Assembly (NCBI GenBank): GCA_030696455.1
Contig: JAUYSH010000120.1
Span: forward strand, 42,317-106,316
DNA: 64,000 nucleotides
DNA from: Elusimicrobiota bacterium
Lineage (GTDB): Bacteria > Elusimicrobiota > Elusimicrobia > UBA1565 > UBA9628
Reading direction: 5' to 3'
Shown: one piece after another, positions 1 through 9,059 of the stretch
How the letters are laid out: each line of letters starts with the position of its first letter
Numbering within the stretch: the stretch's first letter is position 1
The notes under the pieces: model-generated
What the model was told of the DNA's origin: nothing
What the model saw: only the letters and a program-made list of their open reading frames with translations
Database searches by the model: none
Position numbers and translations under genes: made by a program

Positions 1-435
1 TCGCACCTCGGCGACGATTATATACGCAGGACCGGCGATCAGGGCTTCCGCTACTCGATCGACGGCCTGAGGCTGACCTTATCCCACGACCTGACGGGCT
101 GGGCGCGCGCGTACGCCGGCGGGACCTACCTGCTTCATACGGTGCCGGACCCAGCGCGAAAGTCGGCGCAGGCGGGCGTGGAGCTGACGTCGGGGAAGCT
201 GGGCTGGTCCCGGATGTATCCGCTGAGGCTGTTCGCCGCCCAGGACCTGCAGTTCAAGGAGGCCACGCGCTACCGGACGAACTCCCGCACGGTCGCGGGC
301 GTGATCATCGGCTTCGACAGCGTGCCGCGCTCGATGAGGATCTACGGCGGGAGGTATGAAGGATGCTCCTCCTTCGGCCAGCTGTACCGGAGGAAGGAGA
401 GCTACACCGATATCGGCATCAGCTTTCATTTCTAG
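1..435 (+). CDS. DUF1207-family protein, 5'-partial (probable outer-membrane beta-barrel)
   Basis: Frame 1 is open from base 1: SHLGDDYIRRTGDQGFRYS...YTDIGISFHF*. Shares the SHLGD motif and terminal aromatic residue with the convergent gene at 432-1247. Confidence 0.7.
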   Translation, partial: SHLGDDYIRRTGDQGFRYSIDGLRLTLSHDLTGWARAYAGGTYLLHTVPDPARKSAQAGVELTSGKLGWSRMYPLRLFAAQDLQFKEATRYRTNSRTVAGVIIGFDSVPRSMRIYGGRYEGCSSFGQLYRRKESYTDIGISFHF

Positions 436-1247
436 AAGTAGGCGTGCAGGCCGAGCCCGGCCTCCTCGACGATATCGGCGAAGAACTGGCCGTTGGGATC
501 GCGGCCCCGGTAGTACTGGAGGAGGAGCTGCAGGCGGCGCGTGCGCAGCAGGAGGTTCTCCATCTGGACTCCGGCGCGCAGGGAGACGCCGGTGGTCTCC
601 CAGCCGTGCTGCTGCCGCTTTTGAAGGTCCGCCGCCGCGATCGGGCGCAGCAGGCCCCGGAGGAATTTCGGGCCGAGCGCCTCGCCGCCGAGCTGGAAGA
701 ACAAGGGCTTGATCTCCGGCGGGTGCTTGCGGATCATCGAGCCGCCCCCGCCGTAGGCGCGCAGGCCGCGGTCGAAGTCGTAAGAGAGCTTGGCGTCGAG
801 CGCCTCGTAGCTGAGGTTGACGCGCGCCACGTCGCGGTTGGCGATGACGAACTCATCGCCGAGGTGGGTGCTGACGTGGAAGAGGCGGTACATCCCCGTC
901 CAGCGCCCGCGTCGCCAGGTGTAAGGGAAGCCGACGATGAAGTCGGTGTTGATGAGCTCCTGGGATTCGGTCTGCACGTCCCATATGGTGAACACCGCCG
1001 CCTGCAGGCCGAACTGCCATCTCTCGCTGCCGCGGCTGCCGGCGAACGGGAAGGACTCTCCGAAGCTGGCGGCCCAAAGCACGCGCGAGCCGGGGCGACG
1101 GAAATATTTCTGCATGGCCCCGGAGAAGGCGGGCCAGCGCGGGTCGGCCGAGAGCGGCTGGAAGATGAGGGTCCGCGGAAAAGCCTCGGCCGCCCGGGCG
1201 GGCGCGACGAGGAAGAGGAGGAGCAGCGGCAAAATAGCGCGGAGCAT
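432..1247 (-). CDS. DUF1207-family protein (exported, beta-barrel-like)
   Basis: Signal peptide MLRAILPLLLLFLVAPARA; motifs FQPLSADPRWP, LINTDF, FHVSTHLGDEF, PNGQFF; C-terminal F. Start moved to ATG 1247. Confidence 0.8.
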   Translation of the reverse strand: MLRAILPLLLLFLVAPARAAEAFPRTLIFQPLSADPRWPAFSGAMQKYFRRPGSRVLWAASFGESFPFAGSRGSERWQFGLQAAVFTIWDVQTESQELINTDFIVGFPYTWRRGRWTGMYRLFHVSTHLGDEFVIANRDVARVNLSYEALDAKLSYDFDRGLRAYGGGGSMIRKHPPEIKPLFFQLGGEALGPKFLRGLLRPIAAADLQKRQQHGWETTGVSLRAGVQMENLLLRTRRLQLLLQYYRGRDPNGQFFADIVEEAGLGLHAYF

Positions 1248-1419
1248 CGGCGCTAGGATAGCACCCTCGGGGAGCGGACCCATATTGCCGCCGCGCGTCA
1301 TTTTGGTAACTATTTGCGCCGATTGCCGGAAATTGGACATTTTGTTGCATGTCTTTGCGCCCGTCACATCCTCTTTGATAGAATCATCCCCGCGCAGATA
1401 TTTCATCTGAGAGGATCGA

Positions 1420-2277
1420 ATGGGACAATACGGATGGTCGCTGCCGGTCGCCGCTTCCAGCTACGCCGGCAAGATCGACTTCGGCATCTGGCTGATCCAC
1501 GCGGCGATGCTCGGCATCTTCGTGCTGTGGGGCGCCTTCTTCGTCTATCTGCTCGTCAAGTTCCGCGCCCGCCCCGGCCACCGCGCCGAGCGCGAGGATC
1601 ACGCCGACACGCCGGCGCATATCTCGGTGCCCGACTCGATCTCCAAGTTCCCCTTCGCTCAGATCCTGTACAAGAACAAGGGCGAGCTGAAGTCTCTGAT
1701 CCCCGACATGGTCATCATGACCTTCGAGGTCGCGCTGATCGTGTTCTACGCGATCCCGGTCTGGAGCAGCATCAAGATGAGCGTGCCCGAGACGGCGGAC
1801 CCGATCCGCCTCGAGATCGTCTCCGAGCAGTTCGGCTGGAGCGTCCACTACGCGGGCCCCGACGGCAAGCTCGGCAAGCGCAAGATGCCGCTCGTGCACT
1901 TCAGCAACCCGATCGGGCTCGACCTGGCGGACCCGGCGTCGGCCGACGACATCGTCATGGGCAACGAGCTGCGCCTGCCGGTGGACCGGACCGCGGTCAT
2001 CGACCTGCTGTCCAAGGATGTGATCCACAGCTTCTTCGTTCCGGAGTTCCGCATCAAGCAGGACGCCGTGCCGGGCCTCAGCATCCCGATCTGGGTCACT
2101 CCGACCAAGGTGGGCAAATACGAGATCACCTGCGCCCAGCTGTGCGGCTTCGCCCACAGCCTGATGCGCGGCGACGTGTACGTGCAGACCCAGGAGGAGT
2201 TCGACGCCTGGTATCAAAGCCGCCTCGCGCAGATCCCCGCGGCGGCCACGGCGTCCAACCCCGCGGAGGAGTTCTAG
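1420..2277 (+). CDS. coxB: Cytochrome c oxidase subunit II
   Basis: Two TM helices; DVIHSF and CuA motif CAQLCGFAHSLM. Confidence 0.96.
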   Translation: MGQYGWSLPVAASSYAGKIDFGIWLIHAAMLGIFVLWGAFFVYLLVKFRARPGHRAEREDHADTPAHISVPDSISKFPFAQILYKNKGELKSLIPDMVIMTFEVALIVFYAIPVWSSIKMSVPETADPIRLEIVSEQFGWSVHYAGPDGKLGKRKMPLVHFSNPIGLDLADPASADDIVMGNELRLPVDRTAVIDLLSKDVIHSFFVPEFRIKQDAVPGLSIPIWVTPTKVGKYEITCAQLCGFAHSLMRGDVYVQTQEEFDAWYQSRLAQIPAAATASNPAEEF

Positions 2278-4011
2278 ATGAGCCACGACGAGCACGGCCA
2301 GCACGCCCACCACGAGCTTAGCTTCTGGGAGCGATATGTCTTCTCCGTCGACCATAAGGTGATCGGGCTCCAATACCTGATCACCTCGTTCATCTTCCTC
2401 CTCGTGGGCTTCGCCCTGATGGGGCTGATGCGCTGGCAGCTCGCCTGGCCCGGCACGCCGATCCCTTTCTTCGGCGCGCTGTTCCCGTCCGACCTGGCGC
2501 CGAATGGGGTCATGAGCGGTGAATTTTATAACTCGCTCGGCGCCATGCACGGCACCATCATGGTGTTCCTCGGGGTCGTGCCGCTCGCGGTCGGCGCCTA
2601 CGGGAACTACGTCCTGCCCCTGCAGATCGGCGCGCCCGACATGGCCTTCCCGCGCATGAACATGATGTCATACTGGACCTACCTGCCCGGCGGCATCCTG
2701 ATGCTGGCCTCGTTCCTGATGCCCGGCGGCGCCGCGCAGTCCGGCTGGACCTCCTACCCGCCCCTGTCGATCATCAACCCCGGGCAGACGGTGTGGCTGC
2801 TGTCGATGGTCATCCTGATCACGTCGTCCTTGCTGGGTGCCATCAACTTCCTGGTCACGACGATCAACATGCGCGCGCCGGGCATGAGCCTGTGGCGCAT
2901 GCCGATCTTCGTCTGGGCGCAGTTCGTCTCCTCGGTCCTGCTCCTGCTGGCCTTCCCCCCGCTCGAGGCGGCCTCGATCCTGCAGCTGATGGACCGGGTG
3001 TTCCACACGAGCTTCTACATGCCCAAGGACATCCTCATCCTCGGCCAGGCGTACGCGGGCTCGGGCGGCGGCCAGCCCCTGCTGTGGCAGCACCTGTTCT
3101 GGTTCCTGGCGCACCCCGAGGTCTACGTCCTCGTGCTGCCGCCCATGGGCATCGTCGCCGAGATCATCGCCAACAACACGCGCAAGCCCCTGCACGGCTA
3201 CAAGACGATGGTCTTCTCCATGATCGCCATCGGCGTGATGAGCTTCATGGTCTGGGCCCACCACATGTTCATCTCCGGCATGAGCGCGAGCTTGAGCAAC
3301 TTCTTCCTGGTGACCACGATGATCATCTCGGTGCCGTCGGTGGCGCTGATGACCTGCCTCGTGTTCAGCCTCAAGGGCGGCTCGATCCGCTTCAACCTGC
3401 CGATGCTCTACGCGCTCGCGTTCATCCCGCTGTTCGCGATCGGCGGTCTGACCGGCCTGCCGCTGGGCCTGACCGTGACGGACATCTACCTGCACGACAC
3501 CTACTACGTGATCGGCCACTTCCACTTCGTCGTGGTCTCGGGCTCGATCATCGCGCTGATGGGCGGGACCTACTACTGGTTCCCGAAGTGGTACGGGCGC
3601 AAGATGAACGACACCCTGGGCCACATCCACTTCTGGGGCTCCGTGATCACGATGTGCGGCATCTTCGCGCCGATGCTGTTCATGGGCATGGGCGGGGCGT
3701 CGCGCCGCCTGTACGACCCGACGGCGCAGCTGCACAACCTGCCGGTGCAGGGCTGGAACGTGGTGGCGACCTATTCGGCCTACGCCCTCGCGCTCTTCCA
3801 GATCCCGTTCATCTACAACTTCTTCAACAGCATGTGGCGCGGCGAGAAGACCGTCGAGAACCCGTGGCAGGCCACGACGCTCGAGTGGGCCTGCCCGTCG
3901 CCGCCCCCGCACGGCAATTTCGAGAAGACGCCGACGGTGTATCGCGGCCCGTACGAGTATTCCGTCCCCGGACGCAAGGACGACTTCTGGATGCAGTCGG
4001 ACAAGAACTAA
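2278..4011 (+). CDS. coxA: Cytochrome c oxidase subunit I (A-family-like)
   Basis: DHKVIG, MHGTIM, APDMAFPRMN, HPEVY, WAHHMF, LHDTYYVIGHFHF, RR pair. Confidence 0.98.
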   Translation: MSHDEHGQHAHHELSFWERYVFSVDHKVIGLQYLITSFIFLLVGFALMGLMRWQLAWPGTPIPFFGALFPSDLAPNGVMSGEFYNSLGAMHGTIMVFLGVVPLAVGAYGNYVLPLQIGAPDMAFPRMNMMSYWTYLPGGILMLASFLMPGGAAQSGWTSYPPLSIINPGQTVWLLSMVILITSSLLGAINFLVTTINMRAPGMSLWRMPIFVWAQFVSSVLLLLAFPPLEAASILQLMDRVFHTSFYMPKDILILGQAYAGSGGGQPLLWQHLFWFLAHPEVYVLVLPPMGIVAEIIANNTRKPLHGYKTMVFSMIAIGVMSFMVWAHHMFISGMSASLSNFFLVTTMIISVPSVALMTCLVFSLKGGSIRFNLPMLYALAFIPLFAIGGLTGLPLGLTVTDIYLHDTYYVIGHFHFVVVSGSIIALMGGTYYWFPKWYGRKMNDTLGHIHFWGSVITMCGIFAPMLFMGMGGASRRLYDPTAQLHNLPVQGWNVVATYSAYALALFQIPFIYNFFNSMWRGEKTVENPWQATTLEWACPSPPPHGNFEKTPTVYRGPYEYSVPGRKDDFWMQSDKN

Positions 4012-4012
4012 C

Positions 4013-4618
4013 ATGAGCCAAACCTACGACCCCGCCGCAATCATGAACAACCCGGACACGCACAGCGGCGTCACGAACGCGAAGCTCGGCGTGTGGCTGT
4101 TCCTCGCCTCCGAGATCATGCTGTTCGCGACTTTGTTCACGAGCTACATCGTCCTGCGCATGGCCTCGACCTCCTGGCCGTGGGGCTGGGACGTGCTCAA
4201 CGTGCCGCTGGCGACGGTGAACACGGTCGTCCTGATCGGGTCGTCGATGACGATCGTGATGGCGTACGCGCGGGCCTACGACAAGGACAAGGGCGGCTTT
4301 CAGAAGTGGATGGCCGCGACCATCCTGCTCTCGCTGGCGTTCCTCGTCATCAAGGGCTTCGAATACGGCCCCAAGTTCGCGGCGGGCATCGGGCCGCACA
4401 CGAGCGTCTTTTACGCGATCTACTTCACGATGACGGGCCTGCATGCCATCCACATCGTCGGCGGCATCGCGGTCAACGCCGGCCTGCTGTACATGAGCAC
4501 GGTCGACGGTCATTGGAAGAACCCGCTGTTCCTCGGACGCGTCGAGGGCGCCGGGCTGTACTGGCACTTCGTCGACATCGTCTGGATCTTCCTGTTCCCG
4601 GCGCTGTATCTGCTCTAG
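4013..4618 (+). CDS. coxC: Cytochrome c oxidase subunit III
   Basis: WLFLASEIMLF, TGLHAIH, YWHFVDIVWIFLFP. Confidence 0.96.
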   Translation: MSQTYDPAAIMNNPDTHSGVTNAKLGVWLFLASEIMLFATLFTSYIVLRMASTSWPWGWDVLNVPLATVNTVVLIGSSMTIVMAYARAYDKDKGGFQKWMAATILLSLAFLVIKGFEYGPKFAAGIGPHTSVFYAIYFTMTGLHAIHIVGGIAVNAGLLYMSTVDGHWKNPLFLGRVEGAGLYWHFVDIVWIFLFPALYLL

Positions 4619-4627
4619 GAGGCGATC

Positions 4628-5008
4628 ATGTCCAAGAATCCCGACGCCGCGACGCACGACGAGCACCGCCCGAACGTGGCGCTCTACGTCAAGGTGTTCG
4701 CCGCGCTGATGGCGCTGACCTTGATCACCGTCGCGATCTCGAAGATCCATCTTCCCCCAGCCCAGGCCGTCTCCCTCGGGCTGTTCGTGGCCCTGATCAA
4801 GGCGGCCCTGGTCGCGGCGCTGTTCATGCACCTGTGGGGCGAGAACAAGCTCATCCACAAGGCGCTGTGGGTCACCGTGGGCCTGGGCGCGGCCCTCATC
4901 CTGCCGATCATCGACTTCGTCTTGATCTCCGGCCAGCACACGAGCCGGGCCGACGTCGCCAATCAGCATCCCCCCGGGCACGCCGAGCCCGCGACGGAAG
5001 GGCACTGA
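4628..5008 (+). CDS. Cytochrome c oxidase subunit IV (prokaryotic CtaF/CyoD-like)
   Basis: YVKVFAALMALT...KAALVAALFMHL; directly after subunit III; SD GGAGG. Confidence 0.9.
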   Translation: MSKNPDAATHDEHRPNVALYVKVFAALMALTLITVAISKIHLPPAQAVSLGLFVALIKAALVAALFMHLWGENKLIHKALWVTVGLGAALILPIIDFVLISGQHTSRADVANQHPPGHAEPATEGH

Positions 5009-5009
5009 C

Positions 5010-5204
5010 ATGTCTCTCAAGATATTCCATCGCTTCTTCGTCGTGCTGTGCCTGTTCCTTTTCGCCTTCACCGGCTACTGGGCCGCGGGCGGCAACGCCA
5101 CGGCCCTCGTGACGCCGTGGCTCCTGTGGGCCAGCGCCGCCGGCGCCGCCGCGACGGCCGGCTACTTCGTCTGGCACGTCCGCAAGGTCCGGCTGCCCGC
5201 ATGA
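5010..5204 (+). CDS. Small two-TM membrane protein in cox operon
   Basis: 64 aa, MSLKIFHRFF start, two hydrophobic segments, tightly coupled to both neighbours. Confidence 0.75.
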   Translation: MSLKIFHRFFVVLCLFLFAFTGYWAAGGNATALVTPWLLWASAAGAAATAGYFVWHVRKVRLPA

Positions 5205-5422
5205 GAGCTCTCGGGGCCGCCGCTTTGCTCGCCGCCCTGCCCGGCTCCGCCGCGGCCTGCGCGGTGTGCTTCGGCAACGACCCCGGGAATAAGGGCCTCT
5301 TCGATGGAATCTGGTGGGGCATCGTCGTGCTCCTGACGGTCACGATGTGCATGGTCGGCGGCATCGGCTGGCTGTTGTACAAGGTCGAGAAGGACCGCCC
5401 CGCGGACGAGAACGGAGGATGA
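5201..5422 (+). CDS. Small exported/membrane protein with CxxC (CAVCFG)
   Basis: ATG 5201 overlaps the upstream stop (ATGA); signal peptide, CAVC, one TM helix; ATGA overlap with ctaA. Confidence 0.75.
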   Translation: MRALGAAALLAALPGSAAACAVCFGNDPGNKGLFDGIWWGIVVLLTVTMCMVGGIGWLLYKVEKDRPADENGG

Positions 5423-6303
5423 ACACCTTGGCCGCCCGGCCGGCTCGCCCGAACGTCCGCCCCGCCTCCGGCGACTCGCTGTTCACCGCCTGGGCCAAGG
5501 CCACGGCCGCCGCCGCCTTCTTCCTGCTGTTCGCGGGCGGGATGGTGACCTCGACCGGCTCCGGGCTCGCCGTTCCCGACTGGCCCCTCTCCTTCGGCGG
5601 CATGAACCCGCCCATGGTCGGCGGCATCTTCTACGAGCACGGCCACCGCCTGATTGCGGGTACCGTTGCCGTTATGACCTTCGTCTTGCTGGTCCTCTCT
5701 CGCCGTCCTGGCGTTCCCTCGGGCGCCCGGACCGCGACCAGCATCGCATCAGCCGGGATCCTGCTCCAGGCTCTGCTCGGGGGCTTGACGGTCCTCCTCA
5801 AGCTCCCGCCGGCCGTTTCTATCTCCCACGCCTGCCTCGGCCAGGCCGTATTCCTCGTCCTGCTCGCCGCCGCGGTCCTCTCGGTCCCCGGAACGACGTT
5901 CGGGCCGGGCTACTCCCGCGTGTTCAAGTTCTCCGTCCTGGGCCTCGGCGCCGCCTACCTTCAGCTGGCCCTCGGCGCGCTCGTCAAGCACACGGGCCAG
6001 GGCCTGGGCTGGCATATCCTGTGGGCAAGCGCCGTTGTCGTTCTGGCCTCATTGGCGGGCTTCACCGCGTTCCGGTCCCGCGCGGCCGTGCTGAAGGGCC
6101 CGGCTTCGCTGCTCGCCTTCGCCGTACCCCTGCAGCTGGCCCTCGGCCTCTTCGCCATGCTCGTGCGCGTGGATTCGACCCTCGTCCTCGGCTTCCGCGA
6201 GGCCGCCGCCTGGCGCACCGCGCATTTGTCCGGCGGCGCGCTGACTTTGGCCGCCTTCCTCCTTCTTGCCCTCAAGTCGCGCCGGACCGCGGAGGCGCCG
6301 TGA
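5419..6303 (+). CDS. ctaA: Heme A synthase (COX15/CtaA family)
   Basis: GGMVTSTGSGLAVPDWP, EHGHR, QALLGGLTV, ISHACL; SD GGAGG before ATG 5419. Confidence 0.9.
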   Translation: MNTLAARPARPNVRPASGDSLFTAWAKATAAAAFFLLFAGGMVTSTGSGLAVPDWPLSFGGMNPPMVGGIFYEHGHRLIAGTVAVMTFVLLVLSRRPGVPSGARTATSIASAGILLQALLGGLTVLLKLPPAVSISHACLGQAVFLVLLAAAVLSVPGTTFGPGYSRVFKFSVLGLGAAYLQLALGALVKHTGQGLGWHILWASAVVVLASLAGFTAFRSRAAVLKGPASLLAFAVPLQLALGLFAMLVRVDSTLVLGFREAAAWRTAHLSGGALTLAAFLLLALKSRRTAEAP

Positions 6304-7139
6304 AGACCTATCTTCAGCTCGCCAAGCCCCGCATCGCCTTGATGGTGGCGCTGACGGTCTGGCTCGGCTGGGCCCTCGCCGGCGGCGGGTCGACGGCGGC
6401 CCTTTTCTTCGTCACGCTCGGCGCGTCCTTGGCCGCCGGCGCGTGCGGGGCGCTCAACCAGCGCCTCGAGATCGTCGAGGACGGCCTCATGAACCGGACG
6501 CGCAACCGCCCCCTGCCGACCGGGCGGGTCACGCCGCGCGCCGCGCTCGTCTTCGGCCTGGTCCTCGCGGCCGTCGGCCCCGCCATGGTCTGGGCCGCCG
6601 GCGGCGCCCTGGCCGGGGGCCTCACGATCGCCACGATCGTCCTTTACGTGCTCGTCTACACCCCGCTCAAGAAGGTCACGCCGCAGACCACCTGGATCGG
6701 CGCCGCGGCCGGGGCGACCTCCCCCCTGATCGGCTGGACTGCGGCCGGCGGACCTCTTGATGAACGCGCCTTCACCTTGTTCGCCATCCAGTTCCTCTGG
6801 CAGATCCCGCACTTCCTCGCGCTGTTCTGGATCTACCGCGAGGAGTACGCGCGCGCCGGCTTCAAGGTGATGCCCGTCGTGCACCCCAGCGGCGGCACCA
6901 CCGCCATCCAGATCGCCGTCCATTCCTTCACCTTGCTGCCGGCCACGGTCGCGCCGTCGCTCGTCGGCCTGACCGGTCCGGGCTACGCGATCGGCGCCTT
7001 CGCCGTCTCCGGCTCCTTCCTGCTGCTCGGCCTGCGCGCGAGCTGGACGATGACCGTCGCCGATAACCGCCGCCTGTTCCTGGCCTCGCTCGCTTTTCTT
7101 CCGCTCATCTTCGGCATGATTCTCTTCGGAGGCGTCTGA
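6300..7139 (+). CDS. ctaB: Protoheme IX farnesyltransferase (heme O synthase)
   Basis: KPRI, DGLMNRTRNRPLPTGR, YTPLKK, WQIPHF; GTG start overlaps the ctaA stop. Confidence 0.95.
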   Translation: MKTYLQLAKPRIALMVALTVWLGWALAGGGSTAALFFVTLGASLAAGACGALNQRLEIVEDGLMNRTRNRPLPTGRVTPRAALVFGLVLAAVGPAMVWAAGGALAGGLTIATIVLYVLVYTPLKKVTPQTTWIGAAAGATSPLIGWTAAGGPLDERAFTLFAIQFLWQIPHFLALFWIYREEYARAGFKVMPVVHPSGGTTAIQIAVHSFTLLPATVAPSLVGLTGPGYAIGAFAVSGSFLLLGLRASWTMTVADNRRLFLASLAFLPLIFGMILFGGV

Positions 7140-7140
7140 C

Positions 7141-7839
7141 ATGAACCGCTGGCTTATACCCGCTTTGCTCCTCTCCCTGGCCGCCTGCTCCCGGCAGCCC
7201 CAGCTCACCGACCCCGTCGCCCGCGGCGAACGCGACTTCAACGGCCTCGGCTGCGTCAAATGCCACGTCGTCGGAGATAAGGGCAACAACTGGGGCCCCG
7301 ACCTGACCAACCTGGGCTTTCGCAAGTCCGCGGACTGGATCGATCATTGGCTCAAGGATCCTCACGCCTGGAACCCGAAGACGGTCATGCCCAACTTCAA
7401 CCTGAAGGACAACACGCGCGCCGACCTCGTCGCCTACCTCTCCGCGCAGAAGGGGCAGGCCTGGAAGGTCAAGCCGTGGGAGACGGCGGCGGCGAAGGCC
7501 CTCCCCGCCCCCGAGCGCGGCCGCATCGTCTTCGACTCCGTCGGCTGCGTCTCCTGCCACGCCAAGGACGGCTACGGCGGCTACCCGAACAACAACGTGG
7601 CCGGCGGCCTCATCAGCTCTCTGACCAAGGTCACCGAGGGCTACAGCAAGTCCGAGTTGGCCGACAAGATCAAGCACGGCGCCGTGCCCATCCCGAACGA
7701 CACGAAAGCTCCGGCGCCGATGCTGCAGATGCCGAAGTGGGGCGACCAGCTCAGCGCCAAGGAAATCGACCTGCTCGTCGAGTACCTCTTCTCGGTGGCG
7801 CCGAAAAGCTCCGGGCCGGCCTCCGCGGACGACTTCTAG
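7141..7839 (+). CDS. Diheme c-type cytochrome lipoprotein
   Basis: Lipobox LAAC; CVKCH and CVSCH; axial Met motifs VMPNF and QMPKW. Confidence 0.92.
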   Translation: MNRWLIPALLLSLAACSRQPQLTDPVARGERDFNGLGCVKCHVVGDKGNNWGPDLTNLGFRKSADWIDHWLKDPHAWNPKTVMPNFNLKDNTRADLVAYLSAQKGQAWKVKPWETAAAKALPAPERGRIVFDSVGCVSCHAKDGYGGYPNNNVAGGLISSLTKVTEGYSKSELADKIKHGAVPIPNDTKAPAPMLQMPKWGDQLSAKEIDLLVEYLFSVAPKSSGPASADDF

Positions 7840-9056
7840 CGCTTCAGGCGCTTGCGCAGCGCGTCGACGTAGGCGTTGGGCCCCATGCCCCGCAGCGCGT
7901 GGGTGTCCTGTCGAGCGAAGACCTTGCGCGCGCGCTCGGGACGCCCCGCGGCGAGCTCGGCCTCGATGACGGCCCACTGGTCGCTCGGCCAGTCCTCGAG
8001 CCCTCCGGGCGAGCGCAGGACCCGCCCGTCGCGCACGAAGCGCGTCCAGATGAAATCGAGCGTGCGCCGGGCATGAGCCTTCTGGGCGGGCGTGGACGCC
8101 GGCGAGAGCAGGACGGCGCGGGCCATGTCCGCGTTCGGTCCCGCGAACAGCCGCCGATCGACCTCGGGCAGGCCCGATGCCCGGCGGGCGGCGTCGTCCT
8201 TGGCGAAGTAGGAGGCCCCCTCTTCGATGCGCCCGTCGGCGAGCGCGACCTCCCCCATGACGGAGGAGGCATAGCCGCCGCCGGGGAGGGTCATGAAAGC
8301 CTCGACGAAGCGCAGGACGGCCGCGGCGCGCGCGGCGTCGGTGGACAGGACGACGGCCGCCTGATCGCCCAGGGTCTTGGCGAACTCCGTCGGAGAACGG
8401 CGAACGCCGCCCCACACCGCGTCGTCGGGCCCGGGCGCCGGCTCGGGACGGCGCCTCACGGCCTCGAGACGCCGCCGGGCGTCGGCGGCGAAGCCGTCCG
8501 CCTTGGCGGGATCGGCCGTCACCGTGCTCGCGATCAGGCTCGCCCACGGGATGAGCAGCTTCGAGGTCAGCCGCGCCGCACCGGCCAGCTCCCGCCCGTC
8601 GGGGTGGATCAGGGCCGTCGTCGGCCAGGCGCCGACGCCGTACATGAACGCCAGGTCGGGCCGCTCGTCCGTGTCCGCGCGCGTCGCCGCCAGGTTCTCG
8701 GCGATCCATTTCGCCGTCTTCGGATCGGCGTAGGCCGTCTCCTCCATGAGCCGCGCCTCGCGCGACCAGACCGGCGCCAGGTGCAGCAGCACGAGCTTGT
8801 TCTGCGCCCGGGCCCGCGACAGCGCCCCCGGATAGAACTCGCCGAACTCCACAAGCATTCGCGACGGCGTCCTGTACGCCGGCGCCTTCCCGCGCCCCCA
8901 GCCCCCGGTCATCCACGACGGAAAAACGCCCGGGCTGATGGCGATAAGACCGGCGGCCAACGCGCAGAGGGACATGATCCCGCCGAGGATCATCATGACC
9001 AGCGCATGCGTCCGTTTGGATTTGAGCTTCTGTTCTTCCGTTCGGTTGTCGGCCAT
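7836..9056 (-). CDS. Membrane-anchored compact DUF255/YyaL-like protein lacking CxxC
   Basis: N-terminal TM; ARAQNKLVLL..WSREARLMEETAY..DTDERPDLA..AWPTT aligns with the thioredoxin-like domain of the adjacent YyaL. Confidence 0.7.
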   Translation of the reverse strand: MADNRTEEQKLKSKRTHALVMMILGGIMSLCALAAGLIAISPGVFPSWMTGGWGRGKAPAYRTPSRMLVEFGEFYPGALSRARAQNKLVLLHLAPVWSREARLMEETAYADPKTAKWIAENLAATRADTDERPDLAFMYGVGAWPTTALIHPDGRELAGAARLTSKLLIPWASLIASTVTADPAKADGFAADARRRLEAVRRRPEPAPGPDDAVWGGVRRSPTEFAKTLGDQAAVVLSTDAARAAAVLRFVEAFMTLPGGGYASSVMGEVALADGRIEEGASYFAKDDAARRASGLPEVDRRLFAGPNADMARAVLLSPASTPAQKAHARRTLDFIWTRFVRDGRVLRSPGGLEDWPSDQWAVIEAELAAGRPERARKVFARQDTHALRGMGPNAYVDALRKRLKR

Positions 9057-9059
9057 AGA

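Noticed and set aside
1375..1387. FNR-like box TTGATAGAATCAT upstream of coxB
   Set aside because: Spacer is 3 nt instead of 4 and the right arm is imperfect; it reads equally well as an extended -10 (TGaTAGAAT).
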